Source of the DNA: a virus | Lineage: Duplodnaviria; Caudoviricetes | Virus record (IMG/VR): IMGVR_UViG_3300025777_000005 | Location: 1-34,861 of that record | Length of the DNA: 34,861 nucleotides | Strand: one strand, 5' to 3' | In this document: positions 15,723 through 26,100 of the stretch, piece after piece | Position numbering within the stretch: position 1 is the stretch's first letter | How the letters are laid out: each line of letters starts with the position of its first letter | Translations under genes and position numbers: made by a program | The notes under the pieces: generated by a model | Told to the model about the DNA's origin: nothing | Database searches by the model: none | Seen by the model: only the letters and a program-made list of their open reading frames with translations

Positions 15723-16234
15723 AGTTGCGCGTACAGAGTGATAAGCCCCGTAAGCCCTCCCCCCCGAAAGCGGGGGCGTTTGATTGGTCAATTGAGGGCC
15801 GAACGGAGAGGCTGGAGCAGTTAACCAATCAGGGCCTTCCCGCCTCAAAAATCGCGGAGATTTTTGGCGTAAGCCGAAATGCCGTGATAGGGCGGTGTCA
15901 CCGCAGGGGATTCAAGCTTAAGGGGAAGCCCGAGCTCCATCTTTCTGAGAAGGTTCGCAAGATTAAAAGCGGGGAGATTGTTCTGCGCCGACCCCCTCCG
16001 AAAGAGGTGGTGATTATTGTGGCGGATAACGATGCTCCGTATAATCTCCGCCTATCAGATATGGGAACACAAACCTGTAAGTACCCCACAGGTGAGATGT
16101 TGAGTGGTGAGCTACTATTCTGTGGACACGGCTCCCTAGAAGGTTCATCATGGTGTGCGCAACACACCAAAATTGTATTCCAACCAGCGCCCAAGCCACA
16201 AAGGGCGCAGATTAAAACAAGGAGAGCATCGTGA
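15719..16234 (+). CDS. gcrA: GcrA-like cell-cycle regulator
   Basis: 'W...R.E.L..L..QGLPASKIAEIFGVSRNAVIGRCHR' HTH and C-terminal 'CKYPTG..FCG...GSSWCAQH'. Confidence 0.88.
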   Translation: MKLRVQSDKPRKPSPPKAGAFDWSIEGRTERLEQLTNQGLPASKIAEIFGVSRNAVIGRCHRRGFKLKGKPELHLSEKVRKIKSGEIVLRRPPPKEVVIIVADNDAPYNLRLSDMGTQTCKYPTGEMLSGELLFCGHGSLEGSSWCAQHTKIVFQPAPKPQRAQIKTRRAS

Positions 16235-16734
16235 AGCAACCTATCCCAGTGGAACAACTCCCTGAATTTATTCAGAGCCTTCTTCAAGGCGCAGCCGAGC
16301 AAAGAGCCCAACTTATTGCCTGCTCGGAGCGCACCGAGAAGGAGGCCCAGTCGATGGCGGCTAATTTGCTTGTGGGCGCAGTTGATACTTTAGACCGAGA
16401 CCACAACATACAGTATCTTGTTTACACATCTTGCCCGTATGGCCGAACCGCTGATGATAAACCCCTCCCTCAAAATGCAGTTGGGTTTGTCTCGGGCCTC
16501 CGCGCGGGGATGTCTCAAAAGTCTGCGCACCTGTTTTTCCATGGGCATCTACCCCAGATCATGCGGGAACATTCCCTGTCATTTAGGGAGCGCCTCGTTC
16601 TGGCCCTCCGCGTTCTTTTCCTGAAAAGCGATATGCAGGATCTTCCCAATTTGCGGCGCGATGAGTTTCTGGCGGGTGCAGCGCCATCAGTTCCCCCCTC
16701 GCCCGAAAAGAAATCTCGCGACCCCCAGCCCTAA
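16231..16734 (+). CDS. Hypothetical protein
   Basis: GTGA overlap; SD AGGAG. Confidence 0.7.
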   Translation: MKQPIPVEQLPEFIQSLLQGAAEQRAQLIACSERTEKEAQSMAANLLVGAVDTLDRDHNIQYLVYTSCPYGRTADDKPLPQNAVGFVSGLRAGMSQKSAHLFFHGHLPQIMREHSLSFRERLVLALRVLFLKSDMQDLPNLRRDEFLAGAAPSVPPSPEKKSRDPQP

Positions 16735-16745
16735 GGAATTGCACT

Positions 16746-17123
16746 ATGTTGAGCGACCTCGACCTATCGTCAATTTATCATATCCTTCTTGGAGTTTATC
16801 TTGTCGTTGGGTCGGGGGCGTTCGTCTACGCTTTCCTTAAGTCACGAGAAACAAGTCGGACCGTTTATGTGGGAACCCTGTGGGGAACAAAAGTACGCAT
16901 TCTCACTGAGAATGATTCTCATGTAACCCCATTGTTTGTGGCCTCGTTGAGGGATATCCTAATGTCAGATTTTGAGACCTTGGGATCTTCCGATGAGATT
17001 AACCAACAAGTGGCAAATACCGGACCCTCTGGCGCGGGCTCTGTCGGAGGACAGGTACAGCAAGGGGATGGCGGATATTTCGGTTACTGGCCTCCTCCAG
17101 CCTCCAAGGATAGCGCTCCTTAA
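16746..17123 (+). CDS. Hypothetical protein with N-terminal TM helix
   Basis: SD AAGGA; TM at about residues 9-30; C-terminus overlaps the next gene. Confidence 0.6.
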   Translation: MLSDLDLSSIYHILLGVYLVVGSGAFVYAFLKSRETSRTVYVGTLWGTKVRILTENDSHVTPLFVASLRDILMSDFETLGSSDEINQQVANTGPSGAGSVGGQVQQGDGGYFGYWPPPASKDSAP

Positions 17124-17889
17124 AGAGCTTTACGGCGATGAAATCGAGGAAGACATCTCTCAGAGGTTATGGTCTACGTTCGGCACGGCCCTCCACGAAA
17201 TCATTGAGAGGGGTGCGAAAGACCTTCCGAATTATATTCCGGAGCAACGCCTCTACTGTGTGGTTGATGACTGCGTGGTCTCGGGAGGGATTGATCTCCA
17301 AGAGGAGATTGACGGGAAGGTTAATTTGGTTGATTGGAAGACGACCTCCGCTTGGGCCGTCACCAACGGAAAAATTGATTGGGAATACCAACTCAATTCT
17401 TATGCTTTCCTCATGTGGAAAAATAAGGGAATTAGAGTTAGCGGTCTCCAAGTCGGCGCTCTTATTAAAGATTGGAGCAAACGAACGGCTCAATTTAATT
17501 CGGAGTATCCGCAGCTCCCAATCGTTATGATTGACATTCCACTCTGGTCTATTGCTCAGCAGGAGGCGTTCCTTAAGGACCGCGTCACAGAGCACAAGAT
17601 TGCCCGTCTGCGACATGAGCTATCCGGTGAGCTCCCCCAATGCACGGACCGTGAGATGTGGGCCACCTCAGGTGGTTGGGCGGTTGTGAAGCAGGGGGCT
17701 AAACGCGCATCTAAATTATTTGACGATGAACAATCCGCCGAGGCCTACGCTCTCGCTGCCTCGAAAGGCGGAATTATCCACAATGTGGAGAAGCGTCCAG
17801 TTAACAGAACCCGATGTGAGGAATATTGTCCCGTCAATTCGGTGTGCGAGCAATATAAACAATGGGCGAATACCCAGAAGACCAGTTAA
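16993..17889 (+). CDS. PD-(D/E)XK exonuclease (RecB/Cas4-like superfamily, phage recombination)
   Basis: 'ISVTGLL.PPR', 'GTALHEIIE', 'SGGID', 'VDWKTTS', 'QLNSY', 'RCEEYCPV..VCEQY'. Confidence 0.85.
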   Translation: MRLTNKWQIPDPLARALSEDRYSKGMADISVTGLLQPPRIALLKELYGDEIEEDISQRLWSTFGTALHEIIERGAKDLPNYIPEQRLYCVVDDCVVSGGIDLQEEIDGKVNLVDWKTTSAWAVTNGKIDWEYQLNSYAFLMWKNKGIRVSGLQVGALIKDWSKRTAQFNSEYPQLPIVMIDIPLWSIAQQEAFLKDRVTEHKIARLRHELSGELPQCTDREMWATSGGWAVVKQGAKRASKLFDDEQSAEAYALAASKGGIIHNVEKRPVNRTRCEEYCPVNSVCEQYKQWANTQKTS

Positions 17890-18290
17890 GAATCCTTCAA
17901 AAAATTAACAATATCCCCCAGAGGGAAGAAATTGTTATTGAGACTCGACGGGTTTTAAATGCCAAATTGAAATTGGCGTGTTTGGCTAGACATGCAAGAT
18001 GTCCGGCTTGTGGTGCGAAATTTAATGCAATTGAGGAGGTGGAATGGGATCACATTATTCCTATAGCCTTGGGTGGACCACAAACTCTTGACAACTGGCA
18101 ACCTCTTCATAGGGCTTGCCACAAAGCGAAAACCGCATCCGATGTGCGAAAGATCTCAAAAGCTAAACGACTGGCAAGGAAAAGGTTATGTCAACAAGAA
18201 GCCAAAAAGAAAATCCCCAAACGCAAGATCAAGAGTCGGGGGTTTCCCAAAAGGAAAGCCAAGCCGTCAGTTTCTCGCAGGCCATTGTAG
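17862..18290 (+). CDS. HNH endonuclease
   Basis: CPACG, 'EWDHIIPIALGG...DNWQPLHRACHKAKT', basic tail. Confidence 0.85.
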   Translation: MGEYPEDQLRILQKINNIPQREEIVIETRRVLNAKLKLACLARHARCPACGAKFNAIEEVEWDHIIPIALGGPQTLDNWQPLHRACHKAKTASDVRKISKAKRLARKRLCQQEAKKKIPKRKIKSRGFPKRKAKPSVSRRPL

Positions 18291-18952
18291 AGACGACGTT
18301 AGCTGTTCCCAACCTGATCAAGAGCGAGCTCAATAAACATGGCGGATATAATTTTGTAAGCATTGACACTTACTATGAGAAGGTGGCCAGTGAAGCTGCG
18401 CGCCACGGGCTGGCGTGGGCCGTCCGCGAGATCCAATCGGGCGATATTATTTATGTCGGGCAGAAACAGAATCCCGTCGTTAAATTCACTTATGAAGTGG
18501 ATCTCTACTACAACGGCCAATGCGTTGAGGCTTTTTGGAGGGGGTCTGTGATTCACCCCTATCAAGGCGCTCAGACCTCGGGTTCGGCGCTCTCGTATGC
18601 CGATAAGATGTTTATGCGAACCACGTTCAAGGTGCAAACCGGAGAGGGTGACGCGGACTCTGCGGCGTTTATTGACACGTCCACCGATGATATTTTGTCC
18701 CCACCTCCATTGCTTGGCCGGAGCACAGCGCCAGCCGTCCTTGTTGCACCGCCACTGGTGGCCGCTGAGTTCGAGGCTCTTATGACTCTGACCCGCGCGG
18801 GGTTAGATATGTGCAAATCGGTAGCCGATTGTAAAGAAATGTGGACCAAGAACGAGGCGTCTTACAAAACTCTTGAGTCACACGACCGCAAGGGGTATGC
18901 TGAGGTTCTTAATGCGTACAAGACACGCAGGTCCCAACTGGAGGCGAAATAA
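18188..18952 (+). CDS. ERF-family ssDNA annealing protein
   Basis: 'KSELNKHGGYNFVSID' and ERF motif 'QTSGSALSYADK'; lies between the exonuclease and SSB. Confidence 0.8.
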   Translation: MSTRSQKENPQTQDQESGVSQKESQAVSFSQAIVETTLAVPNLIKSELNKHGGYNFVSIDTYYEKVASEAARHGLAWAVREIQSGDIIYVGQKQNPVVKFTYEVDLYYNGQCVEAFWRGSVIHPYQGAQTSGSALSYADKMFMRTTFKVQTGEGDADSAAFIDTSTDDILSPPPLLGRSTAPAVLVAPPLVAAEFEALMTLTRAGLDMCKSVADCKEMWTKNEASYKTLESHDRKGYAEVLNAYKTRRSQLEAK

Positions 18953-19269
18953 TGGCTGAGCGTAAGTTTCTGAACAGTGCGGGATTGTTTAAAAATTCGC
19001 GCCGAACCACCGAATCTCATCCGCATTTCACTGGAACAATGGATCTTGATCCGGATCTGGTGGCGGAGCTTTACGCTGGCCTAGCGTCTGGGAAGTCTCC
19101 TCGTGTAGACTTGTCCCTTTGGAGTGGCGCTAAGACTTCTAAGGGTGATAGCTATCTCAAGCTGGCGGTAAAAAAGGCTTGGGAAAAGACGGCCCGCGCG
19201 CCCACGCAATCGGCAAGCTATAATCCACCAGCTCAGGCGGAAGACCTTGACGATGACCTTCCGTTTTAA
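18952..19269 (+). CDS. Putative single-stranded DNA-binding protein
   Basis: 'GLFKN....HPHFTG', acidic tail EDLDDDLPF; follows the recombinase. Confidence 0.75.
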   Translation: MAERKFLNSAGLFKNSRRTTESHPHFTGTMDLDPDLVAELYAGLASGKSPRVDLSLWSGAKTSKGDSYLKLAVKKAWEKTARAPTQSASYNPPAQAEDLDDDLPF

Positions 19270-19438
19270 CACCGGACTCGGCTCCCTGTTTGATTACCGC
19301 AAGCGGCTCATAGAAGACCATGAGTATATGACGCGCAAAATTGCGGCCCTAGAGGACGATATTGCCCTAGTTGACAGGGAGATTGATCGCCTGTTAGAAA
19401 GGGAAGTTCCCGAAGGGGACTTGGATTTAAATGGCTGA
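19253..19438 (+). CDS. Hypothetical coiled-coil protein
   Basis: Fills the operon gap; heptad pattern; 8-nt overlap with the next gene. Confidence 0.6.
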   Translation: MTFRFNTGLGSLFDYRKRLIEDHEYMTRKIAALEDDIALVDREIDRLLEREVPEGDLDLNG

Positions 19439-19901
19439 CGACAAAATTAAATTTGCGTTTGAAGCCGTCAAAATCGCAATTCGTCAGGACAAGACGGGGT
19501 ATGTTTTGAATCTTTCGATTCATCCCTCCGATGTTCCTGAAGAATTATTACGCTCGCCTATCGGAACTCGCTACGCTGTAGCGATGGCCGAATACGATAC
19601 GTTGGTAATGGAGGATTGTCCTCCCCACACACTTGTTGTTGACAAGTCTGTCACCAACAAGCCTATCGTAGACAAGAAACCCCAGTTCTCAATGTCGAGA
19701 ACGGCGGGAATCCTCTGTAAAGACGAGCGCTTTCAGGCATGGTTCGGCTACTTTACTGAGGCCGCAACTGTGGCTGGACTAAAATCCGCCCTCGGGATTG
19801 ACAGTCGAGCTGAGCTTGATCAAGATCCTGAGGCGCGGATCAAGTTTCTTAAAATCAAAGGTGATTACGACACACACCTTTTGGAGAATCCAGATGCCTA
19901 A
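19431..19901 (+). CDS. Conserved-looking hypothetical phage protein
   Basis: 'FEAVKIAIRQDKTG..L.L.IHP.DVP...GTRY' and 'AGILCKD..FQ.W....GIDSRAEL'. Confidence 0.75.
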   Translation: MADDKIKFAFEAVKIAIRQDKTGYVLNLSIHPSDVPEELLRSPIGTRYAVAMAEYDTLVMEDCPPHTLVVDKSVTNKPIVDKKPQFSMSRTAGILCKDERFQAWFGYFTEAATVAGLKSALGIDSRAELDQDPEARIKFLKIKGDYDTHLLENPDA

Positions 19902-20040
19902 CCCAGACTTCAAGGACTTCCAAGCCGCCGCTCAGGCGGAAAGGGGTCCGACACGTAAGCTGATTGCGGCAAATCCATTCACGGCTGTCGCAATTGCATT
20001 TCTGATCGGAAATATTATTGGCGTGTTTATGCACGTCTAA
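19894..20040 (+). CDS. Small protein with C-terminal TM helix
   Basis: SD GGAG, ATG 19894, 'NPFTAVAIAFLIGNIIG'. Confidence 0.6.
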   Translation: MPNPDFKDFQAAAQAERGPTRKLIAANPFTAVAIAFLIGNIIGVFMHV

Positions 20041-20091
20041 GGAATCTAACTGGTCGGTCAAATGGGCCACTGTCAAGGCCAGTAAGATATG

Positions 20092-20126
20092 AAGGGGGAG
20101 GGCTTGTTGGGGCTCTCCCCTTTTTT
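20092..20126. terminator. Intrinsic terminator between convergent transcription units
   Basis: AAGGGGGAGGGCTT-GTT-GGGGCTCTCCCCTT followed by a T-tract. Confidence 0.75.
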
Positions 20127-20128
20127 AT

Positions 20129-23100
20129 TTATCTATCAGATAAGTCTGGGTATTTCCCATTGTTGTGCCAGCGATAAATAAACTGCCTTTGAAGAAGTTC
20201 ATTGGCTTGGTTGATATGCTCCGCTCTAGTTACCTTGTCTGCTACAGATAGCGTGGTGTTTTTCTGCAAGTCCTTGAGCGCCTTGCGGTTATCCTTCATC
20301 TCGTTCTCAACCCGCTTATAGTAGTTGAGCATACTGGCCTCTTTCGGGTGATCTGCTGCAAGCCTCAAAGCTTCTTCATGATCGCCTTCAGACTTTGCCG
20401 ATGTGAGCTTGGTTTTATAATCTTCAATTTCTTTTACGGAACTATAATATTTATTTGCCACATCGCCCGAGCTAATCCTGCTTACAAAAATTCCAGATAC
20501 GGGATTGTCGGTAATCTGATTGTAGGGATCTCGACCTCTAATTTCCCGATTGGCGCTGGAATTTGGAACAACAAACGATGCAACGGCATTCCCAATGCCT
20601 AAGGCGAATGACCCTGCCGATCCCGCTGTTGTGGCCGAAATATAATCAAGATCGTCTGGATAAATCTCAGCCAGCCCGCCCTTATGGAGCGCATTGGCCA
20701 CGGCAATAGACGCCTCGCTCGCATGTTTGGTGTAGATCTGAGACTGAGGTTTTTGTCTGGCTGTGGGGAACTCTGGATGAATGGGCGCTCCAAGTTCAGT
20801 TCGATTTGTCCCCAAAGACGTAAGCCCCCGTAATGCACCCGGCGTTGCGGATACAAGCGGATTGGCTGTGGGTGTCGAGGAGTAATGGGCTCCGCTGGAA
20901 ATTAATTCATTTGCAAACTCAGTTGCATATTCACCGGGCGTGACGTCCCCATGCAGCATAGCTACACCCGCCGCCCCCGCATTAATTGGAAGGGAGAAAA
21001 GCTTGAAGGGCGTTGGAGCTTTGTAATAATAGGGGGAACCATCCTTCTCATGCATGAAGGGAACTTGAATAGCCAAAGATGTTCCCGCCCTCTTGTATGA
21101 AGGCAAAAGGGCGTACGGATTATTTCCCGCCTGATCCTTGTACATACCGCCCATCCAGTAATTATACATGGCGATCATCGCCCCTAGCCCCGCCAGAGAG
21201 CCCGCAGTTTTAGCAAGAAGCTTAGGACCACCTTTCAGCACAGAAGACAGGGACGCATTATCCGCCTGCACACCAGCGTTATAGAACGGATACAGCGACG
21301 CCAGAGCCCGTGTCGCAAGTCCCTTGCGACCGAAGTTACCCGTAAGTTCCTGAGCGTACCACGCGGCTTCCTTAGGGCTTGCGCCGTTTTCCTTCATAGT
21401 GCGATACACCGCCAAGCGGGTTGTCCACTCGACGTGGTTAGTGAATGAGGTTATGGATTGTTCCAGCTTATGAACGCCACCCTTAAAGGCCAGCCACTTC
21501 TCGCGAGCTGTTTTATCCTTCCATTTCTCAGGCGCAAAAATATTATCCAGATGGTCTTGGATATTTTCTACACCACCCAGATCAACCGGCTTAAATAACC
21601 CCCCATTGGCGCGGAGCTCAGCTAAGTCCGCCTGCACTGACGGATCGGGCTTAACGCCCAAAAACGACCTGCCAATTGTCCAAGTGTGTTTATCAATTCC
21701 AGATCTTAGTTTTTGATCGCTTACGTCGAAATATTTCCCAAGGCCCATCACATTGAGCTTGGCTACGTCCGTATGCTTTAGAATGAGGCGGGCTGCGAAC
21801 GGGAACGAGGCTCCGGCGTTGAGCAAGTGGAACGCCCGTCCCCAATTTTGAAGGCCTGTAAAATTGGAAATTCCCTGATCGAAGCCCTCCACCATTTTCA
21901 TAAACTTGCCGGTGGTTCCATCAAACCCGTTAATGGTCGCCATCATCTCCGGAGTTTTAATTCGAGCGTACATTTCCTTGCCACCGAATTTGGTGATAAA
22001 GGCGTCAGGCTGATTGCGATAATCAGCGACGGAATATTTCACCTCACCTGTAGTGGAATCCTTGTAAGCTTGTGGCTGGATCTTGCTCGGCTCGTCAAAA
22101 TGTTTCATGATATATTCATCGCCCGACTTATACCCATCGGCGATTAGATTCATGAGCCTCTGTCCAGCTTGGTTTCTCACGCCCCGCGACTGGGAATTCT
22201 CATAATCGGTTACAAGGTTGTTGGTGATTTGACCCGCGTATGACCCGCGACCCAAACGGTTAATAGATTCCTTGCCCTTGACCGACGTTGAATTCCCGCC
22301 AGAGAACCCACCCCAGTTATTCGGGTCTACGGGGTTCCCGTAAGCGTCACGCTCAACAGAGTCGTAGTCCGACTTAAGTGGGACGTAATCCTTGAAATCT
22401 GGGATTTTATTAATCTGCTTATTAATGGACTCAAGCTGTCGCTCTAATCTCTCTTTGACAAACGGATCTTTTACATTATTTAACTTGTCTGTAAGATCCT
22501 TTGATTGAGTGATAAAATCACTCCGGATCTTTTTCCAATCAGGCATGATGCCGTCAGCGATAGCAATCCGCTCACGCTCGTCGGCAATAAATCTCATCTG
22601 CGCCTGAGTTTTATATATAGCTTCTCTTTGATTATGAGGAAGATTATCCACATAATCCTTAATGGCCCTAGCCTCCTCATCCGACATCCCCGATGTTTTT
22701 GGATCGTAAATTGGATTTCCTTGATCGTCCTCTCCGATTTGTTTCTTCAGAACATCAAGGCCGTATTTGTTAGCTTCTTCCGCATGTCGCGCATAGGCAT
22801 AGGCATCGGCTAGAATTTGCGCCGCTGGCTTCTTAAGATCCTGATACGACCGAATCACATTGTCTTTGATCCCCAGCCCCTCAAGATGCTTGGCCAGAGC
22901 CTCAGCTTGAGAATGAGCGTATGGTGCGAGATCGTTCATGCGCTTGGTGAGTTCTTTATAAGCTCCAGCCCTAAAGGCTTCCACCCTCGCCTGAATGGTT
23001 TGGGGAGCTAAGTCAGAAGCCACGAGAGGTGTGTTCTCGTCCATCATCTTGACCTTGCCGTTCAGGAGGACATCCTTTTGCAGCACCGCCAACATTCCGT

Positions 23101-26100
23101 TTTTATCGGAGCCCAGCAACACGCCGTTTTTTAAAGCAATGTCTAAAGCTTCTCGACTGACGCCAACCTTGGATAATAATCCCGCAGATCTAGCGAGGAC
23201 CCCCTTGCGAGTTTGCCACTCAGGCATCATCGCCCTGCGGAGAATCATCTCGTCTAGTTTGCCGGTGGTCAGCCCCTTGGTTCCGGAATAATCCCCGTTC
23301 TCAATGGAAGATTTAGCAAGGCTAATTCCATCTTGGATTTTAGATAACCCATCCAGACCGTCTTTTGTTTGTTCGGCTGTAAAGACATTGTTCGCCACCG
23401 CCTCAGAGAGGGAGGGCGCGGTGTGATCAACCGCCTTAGGTCCATTCATGTATTTATCATACAGGCCCTGAGCATGATCACCGGGCGCTGAGAGCATCCC
23501 ATCGGCAACATGAAGAAGGCTGGCAAGGGCCGTGTTAGATTTAGCAGGGAGGCCCAGCAATTCTCTAATGGCGTTCACAAACTTATTGAACAAATTTTGA
23601 CCGCCGGTATCCCTGATGCTCTCAAGCATGTCTTGGAACCCCCTGTCAGTCAGGCCCCAAGCCAAGATCTCATGCGCGTTCTCAAGGGCGTTGGAGCCGT
23701 TCTTGTCCAGCACAGCCCTTTCAATTGGCGTTAGATCTCTTACTCCGTTTTTATGTTGGTCGAGCCTGCGGGTAAGTTCCTCACCAATCACACCGGAAAT
23801 ACGCTTGATCTCGGAATAGAATTTCACATCCTCTGGCGTTAGATTTTTATACCCGCGATCCAGCGGATTATCATGCGCCTCCATTAATTGAAGCGCATGA
23901 GATGTGACGCCGTGAATTAATTCATGAAGGATTACCTCATCCCCCATTCCGCTTTTGGTCCCGAATGAGGAGCCCTTGACGTAGGTTGTTGTGGCGAGTT
24001 TTGGATTCCCATTTTCATCAAGGAATCTACGAGCATTCCCCGCCATAGTTCCATGATTGGATAAATGATCCTGAACAATTTGGGGAAGATTCGCCATATC
24101 TGACGGTTGAACGACTTGGAATTGATGGTCAACGCCCGCCGCTATTTGGTCACTTAATTTTTGCTCCACTCGCTTAGCAATTAATCCCAGCGGCGTTGAC
24201 GCATTTCGCTTAGCAATAATACTTGCCACCTTATCGGGCGTTTGCCCTTGAACTTTGTTCTCAAGGTCGGCGATGTCAATTGGGTTTCTAACCCACCCGT
24301 CATTCCTATTTCCCTCATACATGTAGGTGTATGGGGCTGGGCTTAGTCTAGATGTTGTATCGGGTGTGGGGATTTGATTATTTTCAATCGACCTTTTTAA
24401 TTGCCGTTGAGCACTTTCTAGGGCGGGGTGATTTGTGTCCTTCAGGCGGCTGACAATTTCAGGCGTCGCAGGTCCCCATTTAGCGGTAGTGGGGTCATGC
24501 ATCCACCCCTTCTCCGCCAAGGCTGCGGGTTGATCTAAATAGTCAGCGCCCCATTGATGGTCCTCTATCTCATGATCAGTGAAACCAGCGTCCCGCAATA
24601 TGTTGGGATCAGTGCGAGTCTGGAATTCAGGCTGGAACTCCGTCTTAACAATTTCATCTTTAATTTGATCATGCACATAATCAGCATGGTCTTTCGCCAT
24701 CTTTTTGCTGTTGAGCTCATCGCCCATGACATTGTGATAATCACGAGTAAGAGTGCCCGTGTGGGGGTCTGTGTACTCAACATGCCAATAGCCCTGCTCA
24801 TCCTTGGCTACAGTCGGCCTAGAGGCGTCCTCTGAGCCCCTTCCTTTGGCGAGGAGCATGTCGGGGTCCACTCCCGCTCCAGAGCCCTCAGGGGCCTTCC
24901 TGACGTCATCTGGTGGGGGTGCGATCTGCGGAATGGGATGGTTGTCCAGCACATCCCCATTCACCCCGACCTCACGAGCGGACTGACTTACCGTGCGTCG
25001 AACAAGCTGGCCCTGTTGATCAATTTGATCGGGAGTGTAGCCAAGCCCCTCCAGCCACGAGCGGTATTTTCCGTCACTGGCGGATTTCTTAGCCCCAGCC
25101 GTGATATAAAGCGCCTTGTCGATGTCGGACTCGAACTGTGGAGTGTGACTAATATCACCCACGTTGAACCTAGGCTGAGCCTTGGCCAACTCTTCAGGCA
25201 ATTTTGGGCCTTGACTGCCGTTAACCATTGCGTCAGTTTTATTGCGAGGATCGGAGACCGGCCCCGCCTCGGGTGTAACAGTAGGAGTTGGCGATGGAGA
25301 AGGTGTCTGAACGGGCTCAGTGGCTTCTATGGAAGCTGGTGGAGCTGATGTTTCGACTGGGGGAGGTTGTTCTCCGGGCGATGCTGTTGGGGTTTGCTCT
25401 ACTGACGGTAATGTTTCTGGCGTCGGTGGCGATGCGCCTTCTGGCGTGGGCGTTCCACTACCAGTTGGTGTAGACGCCTGATAATCACGTAGCATTTCCT
25501 CCTGCATCCCAGCGGGAAGCTCATGCCAGTTTGACAGGATGTTGGATGGGTGCGCCGGGTCCGGATGTGGCGCAGCGGTCTCACCATAAGCCGTTTGCGC
25601 CGCTCCCCCTGCTGGAGGGGGCTCTTCCATTGTCCCGCCGGGAGGGGGCGGGGGTTCTGGATTTTTTTTGTTGAGTTCTTCCAGAATTTTTTTGCGGTTT
25701 ATTACCTCTCCGGCCCCGTGCATAAGGCCGCCAAAGAGAGCGCCTTGCGCCATAGACTCCGGAACGTTTTCAAATGGATTTTGTCCGGGGTTGATTGTTG
25801 CTCCGGTAAGCAAATTTTGACCGACTTGCAAACCGCCAAATCCAAGCGCATCTGAGGCAGCCGCTACGCCCGGTCGCGCAACCATTCCCAAAAGCCCCTT
25901 ATTTGCAAGGGCACCACCCACTCCGGGAATAAATTTTGCAGCAGTCTCCCCGATTTCGCCAAACGGAAGCCCGCCCATAACGGCACCAAACGCACCTTGT
26001 CCGGCGGCGTTTAATTGAGCCTGTGGAGTTCCTGACAAACCTTTTGCCGCAGCCGCATCTAAAGCGTTTTGATACTGCTGCCCCATCATAACGCCCATGG

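Noticed and set aside
15761-15776. CCCCCG-AAAG-CGGGGG hairpin inside gcrA
   Set aside because: It lies in coding sequence (Pro-Pro-Lys-Ala-Gly) with no proper U-tract and no other support.
16993-17889. Cas4 as evidence of CRISPR-Cas
   Set aside because: The context (ERF, SSB) indicates a phage recombination exonuclease.
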